Shown piece by piece: positions 14,001 through 28,037 of a stretch of 64,000 nucleotides of DNA. Each line of letters starts with the position of its first letter. The first letter of the stretch is position 1. A model generated the notes under the pieces. The model had not been told where the DNA came from. It searched no databases and worked only from the letters and a program-made list of their open reading frames with translations. The stretch covers positions 248,001-312,000 of the forward strand of contig JAQGDQ010000252.1 of assembly GCA_030141605.1 (NCBI GenBank), in the 5' to 3' direction. A program made the translations under genes and the position numbers. Source of the DNA: Tubiluchus corallicola (taxonomy: Eukaryota > Animalia > Priapulida).

Positions 14001-16802
14001 ATTCTGATTCCATAGCTTAAGAGCGTTGTATTTGTTGTTAGGGTGCCTCATAAAAGAGTAAGATGGCCTTTCGATTATGCATCGCAAAGTTATTATAAAG
14101 TAATTTTGAAACCAATCCCGGAGGAAGGCGGCTTCTAAAGAAATTTACACTCTCAAGTACTCTAAACGCTACTTTTAAGTAAATAGGTTTTACGTAAATA
14201 GTCTATGGCTTAAAAGTAAAAGTGTCATTACTTTAAAAGCAAAGACGATGCATAGACTTTTCAGCTTCAAGGAATTCACTTACATGATGTCAAACAACAG
14301 AATGTTGGCTAAAATCTTAGTACTACTAAAGCTAAGTCTTAAAATGCTAGAATACGTAGGATTTACAAAAAGTCCAGAACAACAAAAGTAATTGTTGTTG
14401 GAAGCAACAAAATACCTTGTAAACGGTTTTTAATACCGTGTTAATTGTGTCTAGGTGTACTAGATATCATAAAATTCAAGAACCTTAGCTGCCCGATGTC
14501 CATACTTGTAGGCCCTGATAGCCGTAATTACATCGGTTTAGTCGTTGTTCACGCCTGGGAAAAGGCTGTCATACAAAACGTATTAAAATTGAATTTAAAT
14601 TAATGACACAACACAATCATAGACGTGTGACCATGAAAAATGCATTATTGTCATGAGCGAAGTTTCCGGTACAAAGCGCACATTGGGGACTTTATAGACC
14701 ATTAATTAAAGAATGTCTACTAAGAACAGTATTTTTCAGTGTTCAAAAATGAATTGTGATTTCACAAGCAATAAAAACACCTACTTCTGCAGGCGTGTAA
14801 CTATTGCAGCCTAGGTTATTGCATCCTGTTCCATTAGGCCTCCTAAGCTTGTGCCGCTTGTAAGCTTATGTGCAACAATAATTAATGTCTAAATAAATAT
14901 TGTTTCTTTACCCTTCCTGCCGATAATAATGCTTTTTAAACATGCAAACTGATCTTTATTTTGCCACAGAGATCTTTTACAAGCATATGCAGCGTAATAA
15001 TATTGCAGACGGGAAAATTTAATAGTGTGACATGGGAAGGGCTGATTGGTCACGGCGCGTGCTAGGCTGTGAAGTTACATAACACTATTGTTAGACAGTG
15101 AAAGGATGAGTGACAGCTGAGAAAACTTCTTTCAGACTGCTTTATCTGTTATGCTGCCGTGGCAGTTTTTCTCGCTAAGGGAGGTTGCATGCGTTTTCGA
15201 ACTTGGCTAAAACACCTTTGCCAGTTCATTGTATCATGTTAGAAGATTGTTTTGAAGTTCCTTAATAACCGGCTACATTACGGGCCGGCACAACCATATA
15301 ATTGTATTAAGTAGACAGGTTGTGAGCAGGATTCTGGTTTGCAGACCACTCACTGTTTGGTTCAGTTCTTCATACATAATATAAAATGCAATTTTATTGT
15401 TTTAACTCCAGATTATACGAACACGTTAGAAAGTAAATAATTATATATAAAAATTTTACTTACCGCACAAAACAATGCTGCTACGCGGATCATTTTGATT
15501 AAGCCGCATAAAATAGTTTTGCTCCGCTAAAAATCAATAAAAAACAACTCTTTATACCTACTTATTGATATGATACAATTTAAAATTAAGCAGTAATATG
15601 TTTTTTTTTGTTAATTTCACGGCACAACTAACAACCTCCATGGTAAAGCGTTACTTCACTATAGTAAATTAGCTAATTGTTATTCTTCAAGAAGACAAAA
15701 TTAGAGAAATTCTGCTCACCCAAGCACAAGTTAGTTTCGCTGAAAATTGATAAGAAAACAAACCTGTTAAAATTCATTAAGCTTCTTTTTATAAGTGTAC
15801 TAGCGCGTATGCGCTGTGACCTAGTTTTCTACGTACTGCGCATGCAGAGCGAAGTGAAAGTGAAAGCTGGTTCAGAGTTCCGTATCACGGGCGCAGTGTT
15901 TTTTCAATGTCATCAAGGCCTGGTGATTCACTAAATCATCAGTGCACTTTCACTGTAAGACTCCAAAAAAAAAAACTCATCTATTTTATCAGTAAAATCA
16001 GAAACCTTGAGAAACGAATTTAATTTACTTTTCAGCGTGAAAACCCGCCTGTGTTTTATTTTGGCGATCGCGTTAATTTATTGTGCGCTCTTCACGTAAA
16101 AATAAGTTCTCAGAAGCCCCACAGAAGTCACAAAATTTAGCATTTGCTATAAATTTTTGAAATATTTCATTTTTTCTATTTTGCTCTTTATTAATTTAGC
16201 CAAACATTGCTTTGTGAATATTTTCACTATACTTGTATCACTGTAAAAGTGTTTACATTAATTAAATTACATATTGTCCTTATTTGTAAAACTTGAAATA
16301 AAATTTAATATTTATAGCTGATAGACAGGTCGCAGTTATTAGAAACTGTGGGGATCCAAAGGCCTAACAGAGGACGTTAGTTTTAATTAAATTCGTTTTA
16401 AAATTATCATAAATGTCGCCACTATTCACTTCCTACAAGGATTATAAATTCTACAAGGACACTCCGTTGAGGAATATTTGATTTGCCTGAAGCGATTAAT
16501 TTGTTATAGTGATGGGTGTGTTTACAGCAATTAGTGCTGTTTTAAATAATTTTTATGATAAATTATGACAGGTAGTTTATCAAACTGAAACTCTGAGAAA
16601 GCAATTCAGCTACACGTCGTGCAGCGAAAATCACCGTAATGGCATTGCAGGCCTATTAATTGTATAGAGTCTAGAACTTGACATTCAAGTAACCTTAGTT
16701 AAATAAAATATTTCATTGATTTTACCCAATTAATTATGCACCTTTATATTGCAAAATTTGTAGATATTTGGAATTACATGTATTGTCAACATGGCCGCAA
16801 TT

Positions 16803-17128
16803 AACTAGTACAATTTAACACACTATTACAAACCTGTTCAAGCCTGATTTTTTCCAGCATAATTTCTCGATTCTCTAGTTAATGAAGATTTTAGTTGACT
16901 GACTGATTTGCTGACTAGTTGGCTGGTTGAGTGGGTGACCGACCACTAACTGACTGCCTAAGCTAACTAACTCTGACAAGCTGACTGACTCATTGAATGA
17001 CTGACTCTGCCACACGAGCAATTCACGAATACCAATTACTGAACAAGTAGCAAAATGACAAAATTACGCAACCTCACGTTACGAAATCACGAGTAAGCTG
17101 ACACAGCGAAGGTGCTCCAATTCTAGTT
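16803..17128 (-). mobile_element. Helentron-associated (HINE/DINE-like) non-autonomous element with internal (TGAC)n
   Basis: Minus strand begins AACTAGAATTGGAGC, the same AACTAGAAT start as the element at 23953. Internal degenerate TGAC/TAAC microsatellite at ~16895-17005. Confidence 0.35.
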
Positions 17129-20100
17129 CCTGATATTACGCTGCGTTGAAATGACAAATAAAAAACGGACAAACTTGAAGACGTACATACAGTCAAACAA
17201 ACAAACAAAAATAAAGAAAAACGCGCAACTCTATTTCGTTTAAAGTTCACATTTTAGTCACTTATGTAGGGTCAGTGTTTGTAAAGCAATTACTTGTCAT
17301 ATACTTAAGTTTTCGTCCGGTAGTAATCAATTATTGAATTTCTGTCAATAAGCCAGCTGTAATTACTAATTACAATATGTAAACAGTTATTTAATGACGA
17401 ATGTATCCTTGCACAATTCTCGACATTGTGACGTGCCTTTCATTGTGTAGTCATTTATTCATAACCGAGCTAACAAAAGAGATTAATATAGTTGGAATGC
17501 AAAGTTGATTGAAAGTCGTTCAGAATTCGGTCGTACAGTGTTGCGTTTACTTTGCGTTTGGAAGCTGTAGCACGGGCTCGTAAAATTTCTATGGGTACTT
17601 CACTAGCGCGATGCTTAACGGATAAACCAAGTTTATTACATGCTGTTGAGAAAAAACGAAGTCTTAAAATAAACAGCATTAATCCATAAATCATATTTCT
17701 ATTCATTTTGCATTTGCAAACTAAATGGTAGTATCTTATTGTGGGCGAAATAAATGTATACAATCTTGACCACTGCTATTGGTCTGTGGCGTTTGGCTTG
17801 TGATCAAAATTTATTTCTAAAATTGCCACTAAAGGTTATTTATTTGCTACCATGAAATGATAAGGTGCGATCTCTGTGTTTAGCATGGAGCGTGAAGGGT
17901 GGGTAAGAGGGGATCGTAGTTCCACCAACAAATAAGTTAATTTTTGACGACTGCCCAAAAGTATAAGGTCCTAATGTTCCTTCGCCAGTATTTCCAGCAG
18001 TGTAACCCTAACAAATTGTTGCAACCTCCCCATCAGCCGACTGATTAAAACACACAAGAAATACTAGATAAAAACTACACTTATAAGCAATAGCCCATAA
18101 TAGTAAAATTAAAGTGGTCAGTGTTGACATCGCAACATTACAAAGATCCTTCTTTGTTTCTCACTTGCCCGAATAACTACGGTGACCTTGATCGTGGACA
18201 GGTGTAATGAAAGGCACGTTATGTTCAGCCCCAGGCCATTAATTGGCTACTTTCAACAAACTCTTTGTTTTGTCTCATACCTAACGCCAAATTAAAAAAC
18301 GCCAAATTTGTCCTTCTTGCGATGTTTTATAACATCTAATATGAGAAAAATGATTTTTTTGCAAATAAATTTTAAAACAATTTTGCAACATTTGTGTTAC
18401 AGACGACCTTAGAAGACAGCCAGTTAACAAGCTAAGAATTGTCGTTGAATAAAGTCGACTGCACGGTTTATCGTGGATAACGTTCAGTACACGACGCGAA
18501 ATAAAGCCTTTCAAAATAAGACCTATGCTTTAGGCGAGTCTGACAACGTAGGAATTAAACTAACTAACGATGTACCTAGTAAAATGCTAATGGATCCAGG
18601 GGCTTAGGGCGTTTAAATATAACTATAAGTTAACTTTATAGTTGTACCTATAATTTCATGATACAAGATGGCCGTGCTCAGTTATATTTCACTTATTCCT
18701 TCAGCCACTGTGTGCTGAATATAGGTAATAGTATATGCTTAAATATACATACAATTATGTCTATTAGCTGTTCTTTGCTTCAAAGCTCAAATTTTATAGA
18801 CCCATGATTAGTGGCTATTCTTATGTGTAATGTTTCACACGTTAGTTAAATTGGGGCAACTTCTCGTGCATGTGATGGTCGCATTAAGTCGTCAAAAACC
18901 TATTTTTCTGCATTAGTTGTTTTCTAATAGATTTATGAGCATGCAAAATTATACATAGAGGAGTAAGACTGTCACCATGTGTCGTTCCGCAATTCAAAGC
19001 GCATAGCTGTTAATAAAATTGTACGTAAGCCTAAATGCCAAAGGCTTTCGTCAAAACTGTTAAAAACGGTTTAGGATATAATCGTAGTGTCACAGTGCAA
19101 TGCCGGTCTGGAGAATGTCCAAACCGTGCATAACCGGTCGCAAAGGGTTCGCAACTTAAGAGTACCCGAAAATTCAGCAGAAATTTTATTACCTTGATTT
19201 TTCTTTTCTTCGAGTCATTTGAAATGTTTGGTTGATCTTAATGAAAAGAATTCCCTGCACACCTGCAGTTGTTTTATGTAACTGCTTATGTTTATTTTAT
19301 CTTATGTTTAAAAAGGTTATGTTTTAGTATATACTCATTATTACAATTGCCAAATATTGTTATAAATTAAGTTGTTTTTGGCATATTTATAAACTTTAGT
19401 TTGTATACAGTGTATTTGGACTAAATATTCTAATTAAATTGAAATATTCTAATCTTAATTAAAAATCACAAAACCACTTATGATATAGTTTAAGAATTAA
19501 ATTTACCTACATTATTATTTTTATTACTGATTCGAAATTTTATTCGAATATCTTTAAAACTGAGTTCGAATTCGACTTCTGGTAGTGTTTGTCCACCCCT
19601 AGTGTGGGGGCTCCGTATAGTCTACTTGCACAGGGCCCGAAATATCCTATGGACTGTGTCAAATAAGGGCATTTGAAACGCAGGTTGGCAGGTATGGTTT
19701 ATTCAGGTTAAAATACCTACCCTCACCTATATGAACAGGAAGGATTTGCTCCCACGCTGAAAATATTTGTCCAGGGTGGAACAGATTTTCCTCCTGATTA
19801 CCCGGGAGCGATCTGCGCTGTAATTACGGGCGTTTTTTTCTTTGCACCATGGAATTTCTAGAGTAGATTCGTCGTAGTGCAGCCGCTGTTTTGCTTCTGA
19901 CATTTTTTTCATTTTTGGTAGGCGATGTCACGTTTTAGAAGTAAATCAACTCTTTGTTGTATCGGCTTGGAAAGCTGCAGTAAGGCATTAAGAGCCTTGC
20001 ATTAATGTTTTGGACTCTGTACATGGATTATAGACCCTATAAGGCGTAGCCTCATGAGCCAGAATAAGTATTGTTGCACATCCCTACATTTGTTTTTTGT

Positions 20101-21208
20101 ATTCCTTTTTATCTGGTTTGTAAAAAATTGATTCACAGATGTTTGATGCCAAAAATGTAAAAAAAAACATTTGAACCAGGAACCTTTAAGGGGAAAAAAG
20201 ACTATTTTAACATACCTGTTTGCAAGACATGTAATTACAAAAGAAAAAGCGTCATATGGTAAAACGGCACTCAATCGCCATCCCGGTGTGTACCTCTCAC
20301 AAAAAAACACATTGTCGATGTTATTGACAATATAAATAAATAATTTAAACTTTTGCTTAGTTTGCGAAGAGTGTGCTACGAATGCTCTGGTTATTTTTTC
20401 AAATTTCTGCTATATTGTTTAAACTTATTCCAAATGATTTAGCCTCAAAATGGCTGCGCCTAACAGTCATCGCCGGAGCTTAAATTTACAAGTTTAATAC
20501 TGCTAACGCTACACAGTAAGATAGCATGTAAATGATATAAAATTTCAATACGAACTTTTTAAGCTTTATTTATGAAGAATGTTTTCTTGTGCTTTAATGT
20601 TGAATTCTCGAGCCTTGTAAAACACTTCACTGTCACATTGTGTTTGTTACGCTTTTAAAAAACAACAACAAAACAACAGGAAACAAAATTTTTTTTGTTC
20701 GCGATGTTCAAGAAGATTGTACATGCCATATCATTTTTATCTTGTAACTTCACACCTAATGTGGAATAGAAAAAACTCCGGTAAACCTACAAAAAGCATC
20801 ATCTTATAATTTATTTTGTAATTTATTCACACGCCGTAACGACTTCTGGATGTTTAAAAAATTTTCATAATGCTTTGCAGATTACAACACCTCCTGAAGA
20901 TTTTCTGTGTCAGTTTATTTGCTAAACTTAGCCTGTAAACGTTGCAGTAAATCACCTTATTTGCTTAGACAGCGACAACCTTGGCTTTGCTAATACCTGT
21001 CAGAAGAAAAAACTTGCTGTTGTAACAATAACCTCTACTCTATAGTGTAGAAAGTAATGCATTATATTAACACTTGGTTTAGTTTATTTTCAATATAGGC
21101 CCATAAACAAGCAAACTAGGATTTTAAAAAAGTCATCACCACCGACTTTAACGTAAGTATGGTGAAACTAAAAATCGTATACATATATAAGACGCCGAGT
21201 GGATCGTT

Positions 21209-21456
21209 TGTAATGAATGACACGCGGGATGAATGTATACCCTGATGTGAGTTTGGGTTAGGTCACTGACGATTGTGTTGGATGCGATAATACTTTTGCA
21301 TATACTTGTACTGAAGAATTGAAGATAGAAGCATTGTACTGAAGGCTGAATACATGTCTTTGCTGAAGACCATTCGGACGGATTTTATGCACATTTATAT
21401 ATTGTAATTAGTAATTGTAATTTGTTATCCACTTCAGCATATAATTACACATTACA
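21209..21456. mobile_element. Possible solo LTR
   Basis: 248-bp segment bounded by a perfect 7-bp inverted repeat TGTAATG...CATTACA, with repeated CTGAAG motifs. The flanks (cgtt/attt) do not form a clean TSD. Confidence 0.3.
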
Positions 21457-23952
21457 ATTTGCGTTCATGTTATAACTATTATGCATTATAACTAGGAAAA
21501 ATCAAATAGAATTACATTAATTGTAGCACAACTATATTAATATAGTTACTAAACTACATCAAAGTTTATCAACCAGAAATATATGCTGCATGATGGTCGA
21601 GAAGCAAAGCTTTCAAACCAACATGAAAAGTGGAATTTTTTTAAACCATATAAACTATATTTAAACTAGGCTAAACACGCATGTACAGATACTACTAGTG
21701 AAAATTTGAAATCACCAATAATAAATGGTACGTAGCTCGTGGTGGCTTACCATAGTCACGTATCATTGTCTTAAGAATTTAGTTTTGCTTTTAGAAGTGC
21801 AAAAACTAATTACTAAAACTGTGAAATAGCTAAATACGACGTTTTACAAAATTAATCTAAACAAAACAGCGACATGTTTTTGGCGTTTTTGATCCTGAGT
21901 CCTGACACCGAACCTATTTCCTAAGCTGTTCTTCAAAGTAGAAATTCGGCGTTCTCAAACTCAACGTTCCTCTAACAAAGCATCAGACACCTCCGGGCTC
22001 TATAACACGTACTCGCCTCTTTTTCCCATACCTAACTCTTAACTCCATAACTCATTCCTAAATCAATTGATTAAAGGCGTGACATGTGTAAACTCAAGTC
22101 ACCTAATGTATTTGGACGTGTTTTTCTTTCACGGTTTGATCATTAACCTTGTTGAACAACAGTTGACCCATAAGTGATAATTCACTTTCTAGGATGCGCC
22201 CAGGTGTAAGTGAATTAATAATGTACCTATCCGAGTGACAAAAACGTAGATTGCGCCCACCCTTAAATGCTATGCAAAACTTTCTTGATGTGACCGCCAG
22301 CATTGGAACCGTTAACGTAATTAGGTAAACTGGCCAGATTCCCCAAGGATGTGCGGGAAATATATTAGCTAATTTCTAAACACCAAGACCCACACCCTAC
22401 AACTTTTTACATTAGGAGGTTACACCCTAAGACCTAAAGATGATGGTGACAGATAATTTGCCATTTTTCTCTTACACCCATAAACGTTACGTCTTTAATC
22501 ACCCAGTTCCCATTCAACTTACTAGTTGAACTTGCGTGGCCTGAGATATGCAAACTGGGAAATTAAAAAAAGAAATACCAGTAATACATACATAAGTATA
22601 CCAATAGATAAGTACATGTCAGTAAATACATACGTACATAAATACCTAACTACCTTTGTTCAATCTCATATTTCTACTAGTCATTTTCTGCTTAACCAGT
22701 TTAAAATTTTTGTTAGGAATTTTAGTGTTTTCTCACTACGAAAATTAAGCTCACTTATGACGTAGTGCTTTTATCTTTTTTAGCAAAAAGTCAACTGGTT
22801 TTAATATTTGTGCTTGTGATCGGGTTTATTAAATTTTTCCGTTTGTGTGGAACGGAATGGGCACTACAGTAAGGGAATTTTAATGGATACATAACGTAGG
22901 ACTTGCACAATTAATTATTATTGTTTACTGTTGCATACATTACGCTATATTTCTGATTTTTGTTGCAACCTTGACAAATCCCAAATTAATTTTTTTCTAA
23001 TGCTCTGCACAGAATGTAGGTCGCAGTTTTCAATCTGGACTCGATGGCACCTAAAACTGTGACGTGTCACTGTCATGCGTTTTCGAAATAATAAGTTCAA
23101 AGTATCAGTACTCTTCAATGATTGTTGTTTCTGTCATTCTTTTATTCACAAATTTAGACAACCATGAAATTTTCTCGTGCTCGTTATATTGACGCTAAGT
23201 GGACTCCACCTTCCTGGGGTCGATGTATTATGATCCTATTCTTAGGACTTACTATCTGCTATCAACACCACATACCACATGACGGTTCCAGAACACCCAA
23301 GTAATTTCTGCATTAATAGTACTTTTTCGCACAAAACACCAGGTTTCTTTGTCTTACTTGGATATGCCTAAAACAGATGTACAAATCTTAATTTGTGAAC
23401 TGCAGAAGCTAGTCAATGATAATCTGTGATTTGACAAGAGCAGTCACCCAAGTGTCAATGCAATGCAACAAAATAACTGCATAGAAATCGTAAGCATTTT
23501 TTTATTTGTTCTTGAGTACTTAATTCACAAAACAATAAAATGATGAATACAAATTTAGATAAAATTTATGTTATAATTGGCCTGAACATGACGATTTTGT
23601 AGTGTTGCTTCACATGCTTTTAGTTCAATAATAATCGAACTGAGACAAAGAGCCAGAAGCCCCCAATATCTGAAGGGGGCATCAGAACTTGACATAACGA
23701 CTGAAAAAAATATATCTAGAAAATGCAAGTCTTTCTAGCAGCTATAGAACAATAATTTCTAGCTTCGAAACTGTTTTGTAAAACTATCATTTCTACAATA
23801 AAAATACTATTTTTAAGCTGCAAAATGTCTAAGATCTGTTTAATAATTGAAAGATTCAACATTTAGTGCACAGTAGGCCACAACTTTTCTTAAGTTCCAT
23901 TTTTTGTAACTTCCATAGTTAATTATCTAGATTCTTGGTAAAAACATTTAGT

Positions 23953-24485
23953 AACTAGAATAGCACTCAGAAGAGCATGGACCTCTGCCAAGGCTGAACA
24001 ATCCTGTATATGTTAAAACTTGGCTTGATTTTTGCAGTGAAACAATAGAATAATGGAGTGTGACAAAAACAATAGTAAATTAAAGTACTAAATCAATTAA
24101 TGTAATTATATACAGTCAGTGTACTAATACACAGTCACATGTGAAGTTTTTAATGACATTTATTAAATTGTAAAATTTAATTACTATAATCCTAATTTCA
24201 TTTGATGATATTATTGTTAATGATGGTGATGGTACACAGCCATAACTAATTAAAGTTTGGTAACAAAAAGCTTGGCATCAAAATTTAATTAACTGTCAGT
24301 TTGTACCATCATTAAATTAGAAACTTCAATGTAACTAACTGAGGTTTTTTTGTCAATAAAATCCACCCTTCCAAAAGTTTCGTTAAAATCCTTTAAACAG
24401 TTCAGTTTTTGTATGTGATATACCTGCTAACTAACAGAAAAACACTCAATGAGCAATAAAGACATAACTGCCTCGGTGGAAAAAA
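23953..24485 (+). mobile_element. Helentron-associated non-autonomous element (HINE-like)
   Basis: 5' AACTAGAATAGCACTCAGAAGAGCATGGACCTCTGCCAAGG; 3' ...AAAGTTTCGTTAAAATCC...CCTGCTAACTAACAG...ACATAACTGCCTCGGTGGA. The subterminal inverted repeats (CCTCTGCCAAGG / CCTCGGTGGA) and layout match the widespread animal HINE pattern as I recall it; no database search was run. Confidence 0.55.
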
Positions 24486-25093
24486 ATTACACATGGATTA
24501 AAGATTAGGAATTAGGAAGCAAACTGCACACGATATCGAATTAACGACATAAGTGGTTTAATCAGTGTCTCCTGCTACAGAGATTTAGCACAGTGTAGAA
24601 AAAGTCTGTTACCTATGAATAAAAAATATCCACACGCTTTTGTAATAAGCATATAGTTATAAATACAAAGTAATATATTGTTAAACATTGAATTTTCTTA
24701 CAATTTCTGCTTTAAACAAATGACAAGCTATTGTTTGCATGTAAAGAAAACCAAAAGCAAACGAAAAAGATTTAAAAAAAGATTTTGCATAAGACAAACA
24801 AATACACAGCAGCTGGCTTAGTGAAATGATAAATACAGTTCATACATCACCAGAACATATTATTTCATGTTACTTCTAAAGTTGTGGACTCAGTACAAAC
24901 AAATCATGCATTAATCACAACACATCACTTTGTAGAGTTTGTGATGAACATCATCTTACATCAGTGAAACAAATGAGCAGTGAAATTGCTCAAACATAGA
25001 TCATATCATTTTGTAACACTAGCTAAGTTTACCTGCAGTATTGTTCAAGTAGAAGAAAGTTTGGCAACAGTTTTCAAAAATGCAGATAACACA

Positions 25094-28037
25094 TCACTCA
25101 TTTGCTGCCACTTGCTTTTCTGCCCTTTCACTGTCTTGCGGTTCAGACCTTGTTGATGGACGTCGATCAGGATGGTGAACCTTTCGATGTTTGATCAATG
25201 TACTAGCCTGAGCAAATCTACGATCGCAGTACAAGCAGTAAAATGGCTTCTCCCCAGTGTGTGTTCTAATATGAACTTGTAGGGCAGCCTTCTGCACAAA
25301 AGACGCATCACATTGCTCACAGACGAAATTCCGCTCGCCCGTATGAGTTCGGATATGCATCTTCAGGTTACCAGATGATGTAAACGTCGAGTCACAGTAG
25401 CTGCATTTGTGCCTCTCCCGGTGATCGGGCAGATGAGACTTCTTGTGCGTGCTCAGACTCGCAGGTTTTATGAAGGATGCTGGGCACTTGTCGCACTTGA
25501 AGCTGCGCACACCCAGGTGTTGGTACTTGTGCTGCAGGAGGGCACTGGAATAAGCAAACCTGGAGTTACACACATTACACTTGTAAGGTTTCTCTCCGGA
25601 ATGAACACGTGAGTGCGAGTAGAGATGACCTCGCTGAGTGAATCTCTTTCCACAATCAGGGCATTTATACGGTTTCTCTCCAGTGTGTAGGCGCTTGTGA
25701 ACTTTCAGTGAGCTAAGTGCTGAGAACACCTTGCTGCATTCGTCGCAACGGAATGCTTCTTCAACGTTCATTTTTTCGGGATGATGACTGCGACGATGCG
25801 ATGCTAGGTGTCCACTCTGAAAGAATGCAGCTTCACAGTCGCTGCATTGATATGGTCTCTCGCCAGTATGAATGCGCATGTGAACCTAAAGTGAACAAGA
25901 CCATACAATATTAACTGAATAATAATTAAATAAAACAAAGAAAATACTTAAAAATAGTAATGAAATGTCAAAGAGAACATTCACGCTCTCAAATTGTTAA
26001 AAATGAATGAATTTAGTCAATTCTCATTTCACTTAAGTATTAAGTGATAAATATCTAATAATAAATAGCAATTGGACAGTGAGGACAATTTCAATTATAT
26101 TCGGTTATTTCATCAAAAACAAAGAAAATGATAACAGACAAGATAACTGGATGATCCATAGTAAATTCTTGTTAAGTTTGCGATTCAAGCTTTATTACTA
26201 AATAATATTTATATCTTATATGATTTCATCATCACTGTTAGGTAATTCATTCACTTTTAATTTCTTCTTGAATGAACAGAACTAATCCAATTTAACCTAT
26301 TGTTATAAAAAAATTAACTAAATGCAAAACAAGTATTACAGCGATAATGGAAAAAGTGAATGCGTATATTAACACATTTGATATCATGAAGTACTTGTAA
26401 TGAATAAACCTGTATATTGCAAAGTGTTTAGCAAACACGTGGTGTCTGCCAGTAGCGTAATTCAATAGTTTACAGGCTTTGTACAGCTAGTAAAATAATA
26501 CTAAACTGTGATGATTTAGAAATGATATTCACGAGTGTACATGATAATGATTCTACCCTCTATGTGGTTTCCAAATCTCTATTCTAGTATTCCACACTTT
26601 TCCGAATTTATACAGCGTAGTTGTATTGTGCATTTGATTTTTAATTACTTGGTATGTTGACTGTTAGGCACAATGTGAATCGTAGAATAAATGAATATGA
26701 AATGAAGCAATAAATATGTAGCAGACCTTTAATGTATTCATTGCTCCATATCGTTTGCCGCACTCTCTGCATTCGAATCTCTTCTCACTGGGAAACCTGA
26801 TTGGCATTTGTTTCTTTATGATAAGTTCGTCATCATTGTCATCATCTTCATCACCTTCTAAAAATATGGTAGTGGTCGCCTCATCATCGTACACAAATGG
26901 TGCGTCAATGCTAACCCCTTCGTTCTTGATTTTTTCAAAAACAACTGAAAAAATCATCAGCCGTGTATTAGTGGTCAGAATTTGAACAATTACTAGCAAT
27001 TTGAGCAAACAACAGCAAAATGGCAATTCTGTAGAAACTGCAAGCCAGTAGATGAACAAGCTTAGTCTTATTTTTTAATGTTTTGAATAACGATAACTAT
27101 CTCTGACTCTGACTACATGCAAGCATCCAGAGCATTCAAAAATGATCAGATAGTTTCACTCAGAAGCACTGTGTAAACTGTAAGTTCTTCTACTACAGCT
27201 TTTTAGTGTAAGATACTAAGGAGTTACATAAAGTTGTGCTTGTGGCTGATAATCTAAATCTCTTGGAGGAAACGTGAAAACTATATACATAATTTGATAA
27301 GAAAAGCTGTGGGCTAGCATGGCTCATACGAGCCGATGCTAACTTTTAGAAAAATTGATAGTTGGATTCAATTCTTCTAAAAGATCTCAACAATGGCTGA
27401 GAAAACTTTTTGAAATACAATTGAGTACTTAGTTATCTACTGAAATCACTGTCATTCGCCAGTGCCTGAATAATGAACCAGCCAGATGTATCCAGCAAGT
27501 GTGTTTCGCGAATATAATTTTAAGTGCCACCTAATCAGACGTACCATCATGCTTCTTTCCCAAGTGTAGAATGAGTTGCTGCACAGTGTCAAAACCCTCA
27601 TTGCAATATGTACAATGTGCCTCGTCACTAGATTCCTCTTTATTATGGCTGGCAACATGCTGTTTGAAAGCATCTTCTTCCGAATAAAGTTTGTCACACT
27701 GCTCGCATTTGAACACTTTGGTGAACTTCAGTGCACCCCAACTGGGGTTGACCACCACGTTTTCATTTATCTCTTCATCATTCAGACCACTATGATCAGC
27801 ATCAATGTGCGAAGCCAATTCTTCCAGTGATGTAAAGTTTGTGTCGCATATACTGCAGGACAAATTGGCATTGTGGGATTCTTCAACATGTAGCTGTAAC
27901 TGTGAATCCTTTGTGAAGAGGGCATCACAGTCGCCACACTGATATAGTTTGAAACATGCATGTTGATCCACCATGTGCTGTAGAAGTAATTTAGCTTCTT
28001 CAAAAGTCTCACTACACTGATCACATTTGTGATCCAT
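25094..28037 (-). CDS. C2H2 zinc-finger protein, 14 fingers, 500 aa
   Basis: Exons 27545-28037 (ATG 28037; an in-frame TAG just after the upstream acceptor at 28060 supports this start), 26727-26944 and 25094-25885; 1503 nt in frame. Five widely spaced N-terminal fingers, an acidic spacer (EGDEDDDNDDE), then nine tandem fingers mostly with TGE(K/R)P-type linkers. Finger 6 is split by an intron (TLK|VHMRIH). Confidence 0.9.

Noticed and set aside
25409-27830. Plus-strand and alternative-frame ORFs over the zinc-finger gene
   Set aside because: Antisense or frame shadows of real exons.
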